A DNA stretch of 64,000 bases, from positions 2,080,001-2,144,000 of the forward strand of contig OZ244239.1 of the NCBI GenBank assembly GCA_965217115.1. The letters are read 5' to 3'. Below the pieces are notes generated by a model. That model did not search any database. It was not told where the DNA came from and saw only the letters and a program-made list of their open reading frames with translations. Positions 40,560 through 50,162 of this stretch are shown here, in pieces (the stretch's first letter is position 1; each line of letters starts with the position of its first letter). Position numbers and translations under genes: made by a program. This DNA is from Bdellovibrionales bacterium. Its GTDB lineage: Bacteria > Bdellovibrionota > Bdellovibrionia > Bdellovibrionales > CAYMLA01.

Positions 40560-42119
40560 ATGAGCGAAGAAGAGAAAAGAAGACTAAAGCAACAGCTTTG
40601 GAGTATCGCCAATGAGCTGCGTGGCAGAATGGCTGCGGATGAATTTAGAGACTACATCCTGGGCTTTATTTTCTACAAATACTTATCTGAAAAAATGTTA
40701 AACTATGCCAACAATCTATTGAAGGAAGATTCCAAGACGTATCTCTCCCTTGATAATGATTCCCCTGAGAGCAAAGATTTGCTTGATGCAATTAAAGAAC
40801 AGTCTGTTAGTAACCATGGTTATTTCTTAAAACCTTCTGAGTTATTTAGTGAAATTGCCAAACGGGGGAATGGGGATGGAAATAATTTTATTCTCGATGA
40901 TTTAACGCAAATCCTACGGAATATTGAGCAGAGCACAATGGGCCATGAGTCAGAGGATGATTTTGGTGATTTGTTTGAGGATATGGATTTGGCATCCACT
41001 AAATTAGGTCGAACTGAGGCTGCTAAAAACACACTTATCGCAAAAGTGCTGTCCCACCTAGATCAAATTAATTTTGATTTAGAGAATGCCAATTCAGACG
41101 TCCTAGGTGATGCCTATGAGTATCTTATTGCTCAATTTGCAGCAGGAGCGGGCAAGAAAGCGGGTGAGTTTTACACTCCTCAGCAGGTGTCTAAAATTCT
41201 TGCCAAGATTGTAACCAATGGAAAAGCCAAATTAAAGTCAGTGTATGATCCCACTTGTGGCTCAGGCTCTTTGCTATTGCGTGTGTCTAAGGAAACCGAA
41301 GTCTCTAGCTTTTATGGCCAAGAACTAAATCGCACGACTTATAACTTGGCTCGAATGAATATGATTTTACACAACATCCATTCCCGTGACTTTAACCTTA
41401 AGCAAGAAGACACCCTTGAACACCCTCAACATATTGATGAGCGGTTTGAGGCGGTGGTGGCCAACCCCCCTTTCTCAGCTGATTGGAGTGCAAACCCTCT
41501 TCATATGAATGATGATCGGTTTTCGCAATATGGTAAGCTGGCCCCGAAGACAAAAGCTGACTTTGCTTTTGTTCAACACATGATTCACAGTCTTGATGAG
41601 AATGGAACAATGGCTGTGGTATTGCCCCATGGGGTGTTATTTCGTGGGGCATCAGAGGGTCATATTAGGAGATTTTTAATTGAAGATAGAAACTTCCTTG
41701 ATGCAGTCATTGGTTTACCTGCGAATATTTTTTATGGGACAAGCATCCCCACTTGTCTCTTGGTTTTTAAAAAATGCCGTGAGGATAGTGGGAACGTTTT
41801 ATTTATTGATGCCAGCAATGAATTTACTAAAGAGAAAAATCAAAATATTCTCACCGATGGGAACGTCAACAAAATCATGGAGACCTTTAAAAATAGAAAG
41901 GCCATAGAAAAATACTCCTACTTGGCCCCATTAAGCGAAATTGAGGAAAACGGTTACAATCTAAACATCCCAAGGTATGTAGACACCTTTGAAGAGGAGA
42001 AGCCCATAGACCTTGGAGCTGTCTCTAAAGATTTAAAAAGTCTAAATAAAGAAATGGAAGCCACAGATAAAGAGATCACCAAGTTTTGTGATGAGTTGGG
42101 TATTGCCACACCGTTTTAA
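40560..42119 (+). CDS. hsdM: type I restriction-modification methyltransferase subunit M
   Basis: GEFYTPQQV, YDPTCGSGSLL, NPPF, VLPHGVLFRG, YNLNIPRYV. Confidence 0.97.
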   Translation: MSEEEKRRLKQQLWSIANELRGRMAADEFRDYILGFIFYKYLSEKMLNYANNLLKEDSKTYLSLDNDSPESKDLLDAIKEQSVSNHGYFLKPSELFSEIAKRGNGDGNNFILDDLTQILRNIEQSTMGHESEDDFGDLFEDMDLASTKLGRTEAAKNTLIAKVLSHLDQINFDLENANSDVLGDAYEYLIAQFAAGAGKKAGEFYTPQQVSKILAKIVTNGKAKLKSVYDPTCGSGSLLLRVSKETEVSSFYGQELNRTTYNLARMNMILHNIHSRDFNLKQEDTLEHPQHIDERFEAVVANPPFSADWSANPLHMNDDRFSQYGKLAPKTKADFAFVQHMIHSLDENGTMAVVLPHGVLFRGASEGHIRRFLIEDRNFLDAVIGLPANIFYGTSIPTCLLVFKKCREDSGNVLFIDASNEFTKEKNQNILTDGNVNKIMETFKNRKAIEKYSYLAPLSEIEENGYNLNIPRYVDTFEEEKPIDLGAVSKDLKSLNKEMEATDKEITKFCDELGIATPF

Positions 42120-42130
42120 AGGGGGGAGAG

Positions 42131-42547
42131 ATGGATAATGAAGAATTAGATTTAACATCTTTCTCTAGAGCAGTTGAGACGTTTAGGGTGGCACTCGATG
42201 AATACACAAAAGATGAAATCAATGATTTCGTCCGCGATGCTTGTATTCAGCGGTTTAAGTATTGTTATGATTCGTCAAAAAAGATAATAAAGCGTTATTT
42301 AAAAGGGGTTGTCGATGACCCTATGGAACTTGAGAGCATAGGTTTAGCAAACTTAATTAGAGATGCTTATACAAGAGGCTTAGTTAAACATAGTTGGGAT
42401 GTCTGGGATACGTACCGACTCAATCGCAATGCCACTTCCCATGGGTATGATGAGGCAACGGCCATCGGAATTGTTGAGGCATTGCCAGCCTTCTACCAAG
42501 AGGTCTTATTTTTATTAGAAAGGTTAGGCTCAAAAAATGAAACTTAA
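42131..42547 (+). CDS. HEPN-domain protein, HI0074/NTase substrate-binding type (putative toxin)
   Basis: RDACIQRF helix and RNATSHGY (Rx4HxY) motif; overlaps the start of the MNT-HsdS gene. Confidence 0.85.
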   Translation: MDNEELDLTSFSRAVETFRVALDEYTKDEINDFVRDACIQRFKYCYDSSKKIIKRYLKGVVDDPMELESIGLANLIRDAYTRGLVKHSWDVWDTYRLNRNATSHGYDEATAIGIVEALPAFYQEVLFLLERLGSKNET

Positions 42548-44102
42548 ATTTGATGTCACCCCTGAAGAATTCTCCATAATAAGAGATATTTTAGAGAAGA
42601 ATCTTTCCAGTCATTGCAAGGTTTGGGTATTTGGCAGTCGCGCTAAAGGCAGTGCCTTATTTAACTCGGATTTGGATGTGGCATTAGAGTGTAAAACTAA
42701 AATAGCACAAAAATTTTTAATACAATTAAAAACAGATTTTGAAGAGTCAAGACTTCCATATAAGGTGGATGTTTTAGATATAAAGAGTGTCGAACCTTAT
42801 TTTAAAGAGATCATTGATAAGCAGAAAACCCCTTTTCCCCTTGAAATAAAAAATAAAGTGCCAAAATTAAGGTTTAAGGAGTTTAGTGGGGAGTGGGAAG
42901 AAAAGAAGTATGGTGAGATGTACTCTTTTTTCACAACTAATTCACTTTCAAGAGAAAACTTAAATTATGAATATGGTAAAGTAAAAAACATTCATTATGG
43001 TGACATACATACGAAATTTACAACACTCTTTGATCTTGAAAAAGAGCAAGTCCCTTTTGTGAATAAAGGGGTAGATATTTCAAAGATAAAATCTGAAAGT
43101 TATTGTTTGGAAGGTGATTTGGTAATTGCTGATGCTTCGGAAGATTATTTAGCTATCGGAAAAACTATTGAGATAATAAATTTGAATGGTGAAAAAGTAA
43201 TAGCAGGGCTACATACCTTTTTAGCAAGGCCCAATAAGCACAAGATAGCATTGGGTTATATTAGCTATTTCCTACAGTCTTGGAAATTTAGAAAACAAAT
43301 AATGACAATTGCTCAAGGTTCAAAAGTTTTAAGTATTTCTATACCAAGACTTTCTGCAACAAAACTAACCCTACCAACCAAACCAGAACAACAAAAAATC
43401 GCCTCATTCCTAACAGCAGTGGACAGAAAAATAGCCCACCTAAATAAAAAGAAATCCTTACTTGAGAGTTATAAAAAAGGCCTAATGCAAAAAATATTCT
43501 CACAAACCATCCGCTTCAAAACCAACGACGGCAACAATTTCCCCGATTGGGAAGAAAAGAGGTTGGGGGATACATCAGAAATAGTTGGGGGAGGCACGCC
43601 TCCAACGGGTATTAAGAAATATTGGGATGGTGATATCCAATGGTTTACACCTACAGAAATCAAGAACAAGTATGTATGTAACAGCAATCGAACTATTACG
43701 CGGGCTGGGCTAGACGCATCCTCGGCAAAGTTACTGCCCAAGGGGACTCTACTTTTTTCTAGTAGGGCTACTATTGGTGAGGTGGGAATAGCGACCCAGG
43801 AATGTACAACTAATCAAGGTTTTCAGTCCTTCATTGTTAATCAAAATCATGAGCCTGAATTTTTATATAACTGGATACTCCAAAATAAGAAGAAATTTAT
43901 TAAAGGAGCTTCAGGTTCTACTTTCCTAGAAATCGGAAAGAATGAAATTAAAAGAATAGAATTAAACTTACCAATAAAACCAGAACAACAAAAAATTGCT
44001 TCATTCCTAACAGCAGTGGACAGAAAAATTGAACAATTGAATGAAAAGCAAAAATTATTTGGTGAATTTAAAAAAGCACTCCTCCAACAGATGTTTGTAT
44101 AA
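42537..44102 (+). CDS. hsdS: MNT nucleotidyltransferase fused to type I specificity subunit S
   Basis: Residues ~1-100: FGSRAKGSALFNSDLD (GSx10DxD) and LPYKVDVLD; then VPKLRFKEFSGEW, two TRDs and two PEQQKIASFL conserved repeats. Confidence 0.92.
   Translation: MKLKFDVTPEEFSIIRDILEKNLSSHCKVWVFGSRAKGSALFNSDLDVALECKTKIAQKFLIQLKTDFEESRLPYKVDVLDIKSVEPYFKEIIDKQKTPFPLEIKNKVPKLRFKEFSGEWEEKKYGEMYSFFTTNSLSRENLNYEYGKVKNIHYGDIHTKFTTLFDLEKEQVPFVNKGVDISKIKSESYCLEGDLVIADASEDYLAIGKTIEIINLNGEKVIAGLHTFLARPNKHKIALGYISYFLQSWKFRKQIMTIAQGSKVLSISIPRLSATKLTLPTKPEQQKIASFLTAVDRKIAHLNKKKSLLESYKKGLMQKIFSQTIRFKTNDGNNFPDWEEKRLGDTSEIVGGGTPPTGIKKYWDGDIQWFTPTEIKNKYVCNSNRTITRAGLDASSAKLLPKGTLLFSSRATIGEVGIATQECTTNQGFQSFIVNQNHEPEFLYNWILQNKKKFIKGASGSTFLEIGKNEIKRIELNLPIKPEQQKIASFLTAVDRKIEQLNEKQKLFGEFKKALLQQMFV
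43380..44029 (+). repeat. 53-bp direct repeat pair inside hsdS (43380-43432 and 43977-44029)
   Basis: AAACCAGAACAACAAAAAAT(C/T)GC(C/T)TCATTCCTAACAGCAGTGGACAGAAAAAT; 2 mismatches. Confidence 0.85.
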
Positions 44103-44111
44103 AGGCTGGTA

Positions 44112-44669
44112 ATGAATATGGAAAGATGTAGAAAGTGGTTAAAGTTTTTTGGGATCGGACTTATATCCCTTGTGTTAATTTACTTTCTCTGGATTTCTCT
44201 CATAGAATTATGGTGCATATTCTCCTTAGGCGATAAAGATATTAAATCTACGATAATAGGTATATTTGTCACTGCCGTTGTTTCTTTAACAGGTATTCTT
44301 ATCTCTAAAAAATTAGATAGAAAAAATCAAGAACAAAAAGATCTAAGAGACCTTAGGACCCCATCCTATGAAGAGTTTATTTCTTTTGTGTTTAAAGCAA
44401 TGTTTTCTGTAAAAAAAGGCAGGAAACCTATGGGTGTAGGGGAAATTAATAAAGAAATGGAAAGGTTGACCCCGTTACTTATAGCGCAAGCCTCTGAAAA
44501 AGTTCTCCTTGCGTATGAAAGATTCAGAGAAGAAGAAGATGATGAGATTGAAAGAATAAATACTATATTAAAGTTAGTTTTAATAATGAGGGAAGATTTA
44601 GGCTACACAAATAAAGGTATTTCTATTGAGACCCTCAAAAATATTTTTATAATAAAAGAGAGCGATTAA
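44112..44669 (+). CDS. hypothetical membrane protein (2 N-terminal TM helices plus helical domain)
   Basis: Two hydrophobic segments followed by a charged helical region; lies inside the hsd operon. Confidence 0.65.
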   Translation: MNMERCRKWLKFFGIGLISLVLIYFLWISLIELWCIFSLGDKDIKSTIIGIFVTAVVSLTGILISKKLDRKNQEQKDLRDLRTPSYEEFISFVFKAMFSVKKGRKPMGVGEINKEMERLTPLLIAQASEKVLLAYERFREEEDDEIERINTILKLVLIMREDLGYTNKGISIETLKNIFIIKESD

Positions 44670-44691
44670 AAGACACTTAATAGAGAGACCT

Positions 44692-45345
44692 ATGGATTCT
44701 TTTAAGAAGTTAATAAATGAAAATTCAATATATTTTGAGAAGATGGAGTATTATTTTGCGATCGCCCAAGAAGCTGAAGTAAATTTGAGAGACAACCCTG
44801 ATATTTCGATAGAAAGCTGTAAATCACTTATAGAAGGAGTCTCGAAGTATATTCTTAGTGTGTTATTAGCTGAAAATTATAATGATAACACTATTTCAAG
44901 AAAGAAGTTTAAAGCCATAGTAAATACCATGTTAAAAGAGGTGGCTAAACGCAGAGGAGCCATTGATGACAACCATTTTATATCCCAATGCTTGGAGTTT
45001 GTAGGGATTTTAGGTAAAACTAGAAATGACAGGGGAGACATTTGCCATGGAAGATGCTCTCCTAAGGAAGAAGTGAGTTCTCCTGAACTAGCAAAGCTTG
45101 TTTTCAGTATGACTGATGCTGTGTTGTCATATATACTAGATATTTTTTTTCAAATAGAGGACCCTCGAATCAAAGAAGAAGAATCTTACGATCATGAATC
45201 TCTTAGGGATTTCAATGATTATTTAGATGAAGAAAATCCGTTGGATGATGGCATAAGCTATAGTAAAGCTATTTTTTATCAAGACCCCATAGCGTATAAA
45301 GTAAAATATGATAATTTCTTAGACAATCAAGAGGCCAATCAATGA
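44692..45345 (+). CDS. abortive-infection Abi_C-like (HEPN-like) protein
   Basis: SIESCKSLIEGVSKYIL...LGKTRNDRGDICHGR...ELAKLV pattern; its stop overlaps the hsdR start (ATGA). Confidence 0.7.
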   Translation: MDSFKKLINENSIYFEKMEYYFAIAQEAEVNLRDNPDISIESCKSLIEGVSKYILSVLLAENYNDNTISRKKFKAIVNTMLKEVAKRRGAIDDNHFISQCLEFVGILGKTRNDRGDICHGRCSPKEEVSSPELAKLVFSMTDAVLSYILDIFFQIEDPRIKEEESYDHESLRDFNDYLDEENPLDDGISYSKAIFYQDPIAYKVKYDNFLDNQEANQ

Positions 45346-48176
45346 CAATTCAATCCGAAAATACCCTAGAGAATTTGCTTATTGAGCAGTTGGTGTCATT
45401 GGAATACGAAAAAGTGTCAGCGAACACCGAAGAGAAGCTATTGGTTAATTTAAAGACCCAGTTGGAAAAACACAACAAAACGACCTTTAGCGGGATTGAG
45501 TTTAAGCGCATTATGAACCACCTTAGCAGGGGTAGTGTTTTTGAGAAATCCAAGATTCTTAGAGACAAGTTTGTGCTTAATCGAGAAGATGGAACTAAGA
45601 GCTATATCAATTTTTTAGATAGCACACACTGGTGTCAGAACTTATTTCAAGTCACCAGTCAAGTCACCATTGAGGGGAAATACAAAAACCGTTACGATGT
45701 AACTCTTCTAATAAACGGTCTTCCCCTTGTGCAAATCGAGTTAAAGCGCAGAGGGTCAGAACTTAAAAAAGCTTTTAATCAAAATAACCGTTATCAAAGG
45801 CACTCTTTCCATGCCAATAGTGCCTTATTCGGGTATGTGCAAATATTTGTCATTTCAAATGGAGTCAATACTAAGTACTATGCCAATAATAGAGATCAAT
45901 CTTTTAAACAAACTTTTTTCTGGGCTGATAAAGACAACAGAAACATAACAAACCTGAATAAATTCACAGGGAGTTTCTTAGAGAGATGTCATATCTCAAA
46001 AATGATCTGTAGATATATCGTTTTAGCCGAGAGTGATAAAAGACCTATGGTTTTGCGTCCATATCAGTACTACGCCACTGAATTGATTCTTGATAGAGTG
46101 GTTAACTCCAATAGAAATGCTTACATCTGGCACACCACGGGGAGTGGAAAAACATTAACATCATTTAAAACTTCACAGTTACTAATGAAACTTCCGCAAG
46201 TGTATAAGGTGGTCTTTGTTGTAGATAGAAAGGATTTAGATTATCAAACCACTAAAGAATTTAATAGTTTTAGCAGTGGTAGCGTGGATGGCACAGACAA
46301 CACCCAAGCCCTGGTGAGACAATTCAACGATGATACAAAACTCATTGTCACCACCATCCAAAAGCTAAATACGGCGATCAGTAAAGAGCGATATCTGTCC
46401 ACCATGGAAAATTTAAAAGACAAGAACATCGTATTTATTCTCGATGAATGTCATCGTTCACAATTTGGAGAGACTCACCTAAAGATTACAAAGTTTTTCG
46501 AGAAAAGCCAGATGATTGGCTTCACAGGCACGCCGATATTTGCACAAAATGCTGTTGCCAATACGATTGGCAAGCGCACCACTGCCGATCTATTTGATAA
46601 ATGCCTCCATAAATATGTCATCACTGACGCGATTGCTGACGATAATGTGTTGAAATTCTCCATTGAGTATGTCGGTAGATATAGACAAAGAGAAGGCAGT
46701 GCTAATAGTATTGATATTAAAGTTGAGAATATTGACACTAAAGAGGCACTAGAATCTGATGATAGATTAGAGAAAATCACAAACTACATTATTGCAAACC
46801 ATGGTCGTAAGACACATGCTAAAGATTTTAATGCCATGCTTGCTGTGAGCGGTATTTCGACACTAACAAAGTACTATGAGCTATTTAAATCAAAAAAGGA
46901 AAGGGGTGAGCATAATCTAAAAATAGCAACCATCTTTAGTTACAGTGCCAATGAGGATGATAAAGACGCTGATGGTATTCCTGAATCAGAGGGCGCAAAT
47001 GTTGATGAGGCCAATATTAATCAGCACAGTCGAGATAAATTAGAGAGTTATATTGAAGATTACAACCAGTTATTTGGCACGAAGTTTACCACCAAGGAGT
47101 CGCAGAGTTATTATAACTATTATAATGACATTGCTAAACGAGTAAGAAACAGGGAAATTGATATTTTGCTAGTGATTAATATGTTTTTGACAGGTTTTGA
47201 TAGCCCTACACTTAACACCCTGTATGTGGATAAAAAGTTAAAGTATCATGGACTCATTCAAGCCTTTTCACGGACCAATAGGATTGTGGCTGAAAAGAAA
47301 TCCCAAGGAAATATTGTAAGTTTTAGAAATCTTAAAGAGGCCACCGATGAAGCGATCACCCTATTCTCAAATAAGGATGCCAGAGAGAAAATATTGATTC
47401 AGCCTTATGAGGAGTATGTCGAGTTGTTTAACAAAGCATTTGCAACCCTACTGGGCATAGCACCCAGTGTTAATAGCGCGGGTGCCTTAGTGACTAAGGA
47501 AGAGCAGCTAAAATTCATTAAAGCCTTTAGAGAGTTGATGCGGCTAAAGAATGTTCTCTCTGGATTTAGTGATTTTAATTTCTCAGATTTATCTATGGGA
47601 GAGCAGCAGTTCGAGGATTACAAGTCTAAGTATCTCGATTTGTATGAGGCAGTTAAGTACAGTATGGAGGATAACAGAGTATCTATACTTGATGATGTGG
47701 ATTTTGAACTGGACCTCCTCCACAGAGATGAAATCAATGTGGATTATATATTGAAGCTTCTTACTGAATACAATGGAAGCACAGAAGAACAATGGGATGA
47801 GAAGAAGGAAAATATTTTTAATCTCATATCTGGCCAAGAACACTTAAGGTCTAAGAGAGAATTAATTGAAGAATTTATCGACAATAACTTAATAAATATC
47901 TCTAACGGAGATGATATTGAGACTGAGTTTAATAAATTCTGGGAGGAACAGAAATCAAAGGAACTTACTGAGTTATGCGATGAAGAGAATTTAGACAAGC
48001 CTCGCGTTAAGAGCCTTATCGAAACCTACATCTACGATCAACGTGAGCCACTGGGCGATGATATCGCTAAAACACTACAAACCAAATTCAAATTACTAGA
48101 GCGACAAAAAGTGATCTCAAGGGTCCTTAATATGCTCATGAAGCATATTGAAAAATTCTATAACGCAAAGACCTGA
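45342..48176 (+). CDS. hsdR: type I restriction endonuclease subunit R
   Basis: DVTLLINGLPLVQIELK, HTTGSGKT, DECH, FTGTP, MFLTGFD, QAFSRTNR. Confidence 0.97.
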   Translation: MTIQSENTLENLLIEQLVSLEYEKVSANTEEKLLVNLKTQLEKHNKTTFSGIEFKRIMNHLSRGSVFEKSKILRDKFVLNREDGTKSYINFLDSTHWCQNLFQVTSQVTIEGKYKNRYDVTLLINGLPLVQIELKRRGSELKKAFNQNNRYQRHSFHANSALFGYVQIFVISNGVNTKYYANNRDQSFKQTFFWADKDNRNITNLNKFTGSFLERCHISKMICRYIVLAESDKRPMVLRPYQYYATELILDRVVNSNRNAYIWHTTGSGKTLTSFKTSQLLMKLPQVYKVVFVVDRKDLDYQTTKEFNSFSSGSVDGTDNTQALVRQFNDDTKLIVTTIQKLNTAISKERYLSTMENLKDKNIVFILDECHRSQFGETHLKITKFFEKSQMIGFTGTPIFAQNAVANTIGKRTTADLFDKCLHKYVITDAIADDNVLKFSIEYVGRYRQREGSANSIDIKVENIDTKEALESDDRLEKITNYIIANHGRKTHAKDFNAMLAVSGISTLTKYYELFKSKKERGEHNLKIATIFSYSANEDDKDADGIPESEGANVDEANINQHSRDKLESYIEDYNQLFGTKFTTKESQSYYNYYNDIAKRVRNREIDILLVINMFLTGFDSPTLNTLYVDKKLKYHGLIQAFSRTNRIVAEKKSQGNIVSFRNLKEATDEAITLFSNKDAREKILIQPYEEYVELFNKAFATLLGIAPSVNSAGALVTKEEQLKFIKAFRELMRLKNVLSGFSDFNFSDLSMGEQQFEDYKSKYLDLYEAVKYSMEDNRVSILDDVDFELDLLHRDEINVDYILKLLTEYNGSTEEQWDEKKENIFNLISGQEHLRSKRELIEEFIDNNLINISNGDDIETEFNKFWEEQKSKELTELCDEENLDKPRVKSLIETYIYDQREPLGDDIAKTLQTKFKLLERQKVISRVLNMLMKHIEKFYNAKT

Positions 48177-48260
48177 TTACTCCTAAAAAAAAGTCGAAGC
48201 CCAAACTGAGGCAGGGTCAAAGTTTATGGAGATATGCAAGAAAATAGTCACAGATACTAT

Positions 48261-50162
48261 TTAGGTGTCATTATTTTTTATATCTACTGGGTTAGACCAA
48301 ATTTTTTCTAAATTTACAGTGTCGCTATTTGGCTGATTAGCTTTATCTAAGAGATCTATAGTGGTCTTCACAGGTAAATTTGTTGCTACTCCAGCAAAAA
48401 AACAACTTCCAACTGATAAAATAGGTATGGATTCAAAAGATAGCTTGTCTAAGTAAGCAACGGCTTTATGAATTGCATTTATATCAGAATCATTTAATAA
48501 TTTGTGAATGAAATAATTATGCAACTGTGAAATCATTGTGGTTGATATATCCTGTGGCCTCTGGCTGGCGATGGTTAAAAATGTATTAAATTTTCTACCC
48601 TCTTTGATAATCTCCTCAAATATTTCTAATCTGTAATCTTTCCAACTTTCGCTCTCTCGTGCTGATTTATCCGATAGGATATTGTGAGCTTCATCAATGA
48701 TCAAATGTAATGATTTTTCTTTAAAATCTTTGTCTGCCTTATGAGTTTCATATAATTTTTTGATTATCAACAATGGCAATGTTTTTTTGATTTCTGTATT
48801 AACATCCTTCAAGTTAATAATGATTAAGTTTTTTTTATCAAAGATATCGGAGTCACTTCCTGTATTTAAAACTTTTTCAATATCTTTTTGCTTGCTCTTT
48901 AGTTTGTTGATAGCTGGCGCAATATGGTCATTTTGAGCTTTATCATTATAAACGTCATAAATTATTTGCAAATACAGGAAATGTATAAATTTTGATATAG
49001 AATCTTTTGGGAACTCATAAGTGTCAATTCTTCTATATATGTCTAACTCTTCAATATCATTATCAACTAGCTTGTGTCGGGGGTTACCATAATTATTTGG
49101 AATAAACCCTTTAGGATCTACTCCTGATCCACCACCATGCCATTCTAATCTAGCAAATATTTCTTCATCAGTTTTTTTTATTATATTTTCGAAATAGTCA
49201 AGTAATGTAAAAGCCTTATCTTTTAAGATCATGCGGTAGATTTTTTTTAGCTCAGATCTTAATGAATTTTTGAAATGGTTTAAAGATTCGTTATGCACTT
49301 TGTGTACACGTTTATATAATCTGATAGTTCTTTCTATAAAAGGCTTCTGTGTTTTTTCTGTTGCATTTGCTAAAATTGAAAGTAACTCAATGTCAATTAA
49401 ATCTTTTTCATGTAATGGAATTTTATCTTCCCCGTTCTCTGTTGCTGTGCTTAGAGTATAAACTTTTTTATTCTCTGTGATAATTTGATCTTGGTCCTCA
49501 TCCTCATCTTTTCCACCATACTCGCCGTTAAAATCTATAATTACAAACCGAGATTTTTCCTTAAAATCGTCACGTTCCTCCATGAGCTTAAAAAGTTCAT
49601 AGTATATTTTTGCTAGAGTATGGGATTTCCCACTTCCAGTATTACCAAAAATACCGATGTGGCTTGCAAATAGTTGGTTAATAGATACTTTTATTTTTTG
49701 TGCAGGTTCATCTGACAGAGAGCCGATAGTAATCGTTTTTTCATCTTCTCTATGGAACTGATGCAGTTGACGAAATTCATCTCTGTCGAGTAAATAACAA
49801 TCATTGTCAACAAGTGGCATTTCTTTTATACCTTGCCTAAACTTACTTCCTTCAAAATAACCAGCTAATGAAACTTCTAAAAACCGCTCAATATTATCCT
49901 CTTCCTTGTTATATTCTTTATGAGTAACTGCTTTAGTCCCTATAGATTCACCTTCAATTTTACCAATAATATTAGTAAATCCCTTGGTTATTTTAATGTA
50001 ACTATTAACGGAGATATTTTTTAAGACTTGACCATCAAATAAGAGATGAGATGCATTTTTGTTTTTATTAACCTTAATTCTAACAGATCTACCAGAGATG
50101 GAGTGGACTGAGCCAACTATAAAAACTGACTCCCTCTTTAATTGACTCTTGACATCACGCAT
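48261..50162 (-). CDS. herA: HerA-family ATPase (partner of Sir2); start reassigned to ATG 50162
   Basis: N-terminal HAS-barrel-like region, GNTGSGKS Walker A, LIIDEAH Walker B, ASQRP; start overlaps the Sir2 stop. Confidence 0.88.
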   Translation of the reverse strand: MRDVKSQLKRESVFIVGSVHSISGRSVRIKVNKNKNASHLLFDGQVLKNISVNSYIKITKGFTNIIGKIEGESIGTKAVTHKEYNKEEDNIERFLEVSLAGYFEGSKFRQGIKEMPLVDNDCYLLDRDEFRQLHQFHREDEKTITIGSLSDEPAQKIKVSINQLFASHIGIFGNTGSGKSHTLAKIYYELFKLMEERDDFKEKSRFVIIDFNGEYGGKDEDEDQDQIITENKKVYTLSTATENGEDKIPLHEKDLIDIELLSILANATEKTQKPFIERTIRLYKRVHKVHNESLNHFKNSLRSELKKIYRMILKDKAFTLLDYFENIIKKTDEEIFARLEWHGGGSGVDPKGFIPNNYGNPRHKLVDNDIEELDIYRRIDTYEFPKDSISKFIHFLYLQIIYDVYNDKAQNDHIAPAINKLKSKQKDIEKVLNTGSDSDIFDKKNLIIINLKDVNTEIKKTLPLLIIKKLYETHKADKDFKEKSLHLIIDEAHNILSDKSARESESWKDYRLEIFEEIIKEGRKFNTFLTIASQRPQDISTTMISQLHNYFIHKLLNDSDINAIHKAVAYLDKLSFESIPILSVGSCFFAGVATNLPVKTTIDLLDKANQPNSDTVNLEKIWSNPVDIKNNDT

